A DNA stretch of 64,000 nucleotides from contig MU053304.1 of assembly GCA_013239625.1 (NCBI GenBank), positions 744,001 to 808,000 on the forward strand. The letters run 5' to 3'. Shown here one piece after another: positions 62,703 to 64,000 of this stretch. The stretch's first letter is position 1; the number at the start of each line of letters is the position of its first letter. Source of the stretch: Lama guanicoe. Its lineage: Eukaryota. Position numbers and translations under genes: made by a program. Under the pieces are notes generated by a model. It ran no database searches, was not told the DNA's origin, and was given only the letters and a program-made list of their open reading frames with translations.

Positions 62703-64000
62703 CAGCCAGACGAACAATTAGTTCAACTTCCAGACTGAAAGGGCCAATTTGTTTTGGTGTCATGGGGACATGGCATCCACGTTACCCAAGGAGTTTAGTT
62801 TTCCTTCTTTGTAGATTCTCAGACATCTTACAATCATTCCAGCCCACTCCTTACTAACAAAAATAATAATAAATAAACCTTAGCAATTAAAAATAATGAC
62901 TTGAGGAAGAAATGACATCTTCAATGGCTATAAAGATCACAGCATTTTGACAAATATCATATATCACAAAACAGAAGACACTTTTCATTAGAGGACACAT
63001 TATTTTTTATATACAACCAAGAAAGGAAAAAGCAATTAAACTATAAACTGCCAATTCAACTCTAACAGGCCATCGATTATTAGATATACTCCAGTTTCAC
63101 AGGTGCTAAAACGCAGGGGTGGGGACTGGATCTTAGACTCAGTGAAATATGATCATTCAGAAAGAATCAGTATTAAATTTACTCTTTGAATTTGAATATG
63201 TAAGTCCTGACAGTATATTATTCAGCTGCTTCATGGTTGGTCTCAATGCCATTACAAATACAAACCAAAAAAAAAGTAAAAGAAAATAAGTCAAGAATCT
63301 GAGAGACTATTTTTCATACTTAACTCTTCCATGGGAACAATAAGACTATGTACAAAGAATAAGCTCAAAGCCCTGAAACGTTGTCTCCTGTGCGCACAGC
63401 AGATTACACATAATGAGCTTTCACGGGGGAGCTGTTTCATGAGCAATCATAAGAGGTATGGATACTCCAGTCAGTGCACACACTGTGAAGCTTGATAATA
63501 GGGAGGCGATGTTTTTAGAGCATTTTGGATAAATGGTCAGCTGAAATAATGAGATGCAGTATCCTCTTTATTTAGGCCATGTTCAAGTTCTGGATCCTCC
63601 TCTGGTCTGATAACAGGTGCCAAGAACAGGTAAGAGAGGTGGGGTGTAGGGAGAACCACCACGCCTGGACTTCTCTGTGCTGGGCCCCTGGCTAAGTACT
63701 GCCCACACGTAACCACGTGACAACCCCAACAACCTCCTGAGGCAGGATGGCCCCTTCTCAGATGTGGGGAAGCCCCCTTAGACTGAGAAACTTGCTTCAG
63801 GTTGTCTGGCCAAGAGGTGGCAGGGCAGAGATCTGACACCTCCAAATCCCAAGCATTTCACATTGCATCAGTAGACCTGTCTGGTCCAAAGCTACATACA
63901 AATAGTGTTGACATTTTTTAAGGCAGGCCCAGAAGAAGAAACAAACAAACAAAACGAATCTGCTTACCTACCTTGCCCATCATAAGTCATATTGAGTTTT

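Noticed and set aside
63961..64000. Tandem donor-like motif AAG|GTAG|GTAAGC on the minus strand as the preceding ARMC9 exon
   Set aside because: The upstream sequence does not encode the expected ...LLDCYSHNQ and has a stop in the required phase-0 frame. It is cut by the window edge, so a cryptic exon can be neither supported nor excluded.

Overview
This is mammalian genomic DNA, very probably camelid, judging by the tRNA-Ala-derived vic-1-type SINEs and the young L1 3' ends. The window appears to lie entirely inside ARMC9, a ciliary armadillo-repeat gene on the minus strand. Seven internal coding exons splice with GT-AG boundaries into an open 654-nt (218-aa) frame: 58237-58327, 56803-56926, 53683-53822, 52427-52503, 49535-49609, 41102-41192 and 36815-36870. 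I found no further known ARMC9 exon in 1-36814, so that stretch is taken as one long intron. The introns are full of L1 fragments, ERV1/ERVL/MaLR LTR elements, hAT DNA transposons (Charlie1, MER20, MER58, MER5A), MIRs and SINEs, often nested. I see no clearly new biological system. The most notable structures are: a 195-bp inverted repeat with a perfectly identical outer 106 bp, about 300 nt past an exon; paired RFX X-box motifs, one inside a 24-bp palindrome; an exact 373-bp tandem duplication; an internally inverted ERV with intact TSD; and a candidate 39-nt stop-containing exon. Repeat family names come from recalled consensus similarity, and repeat ends without a stated TSD are approximate.
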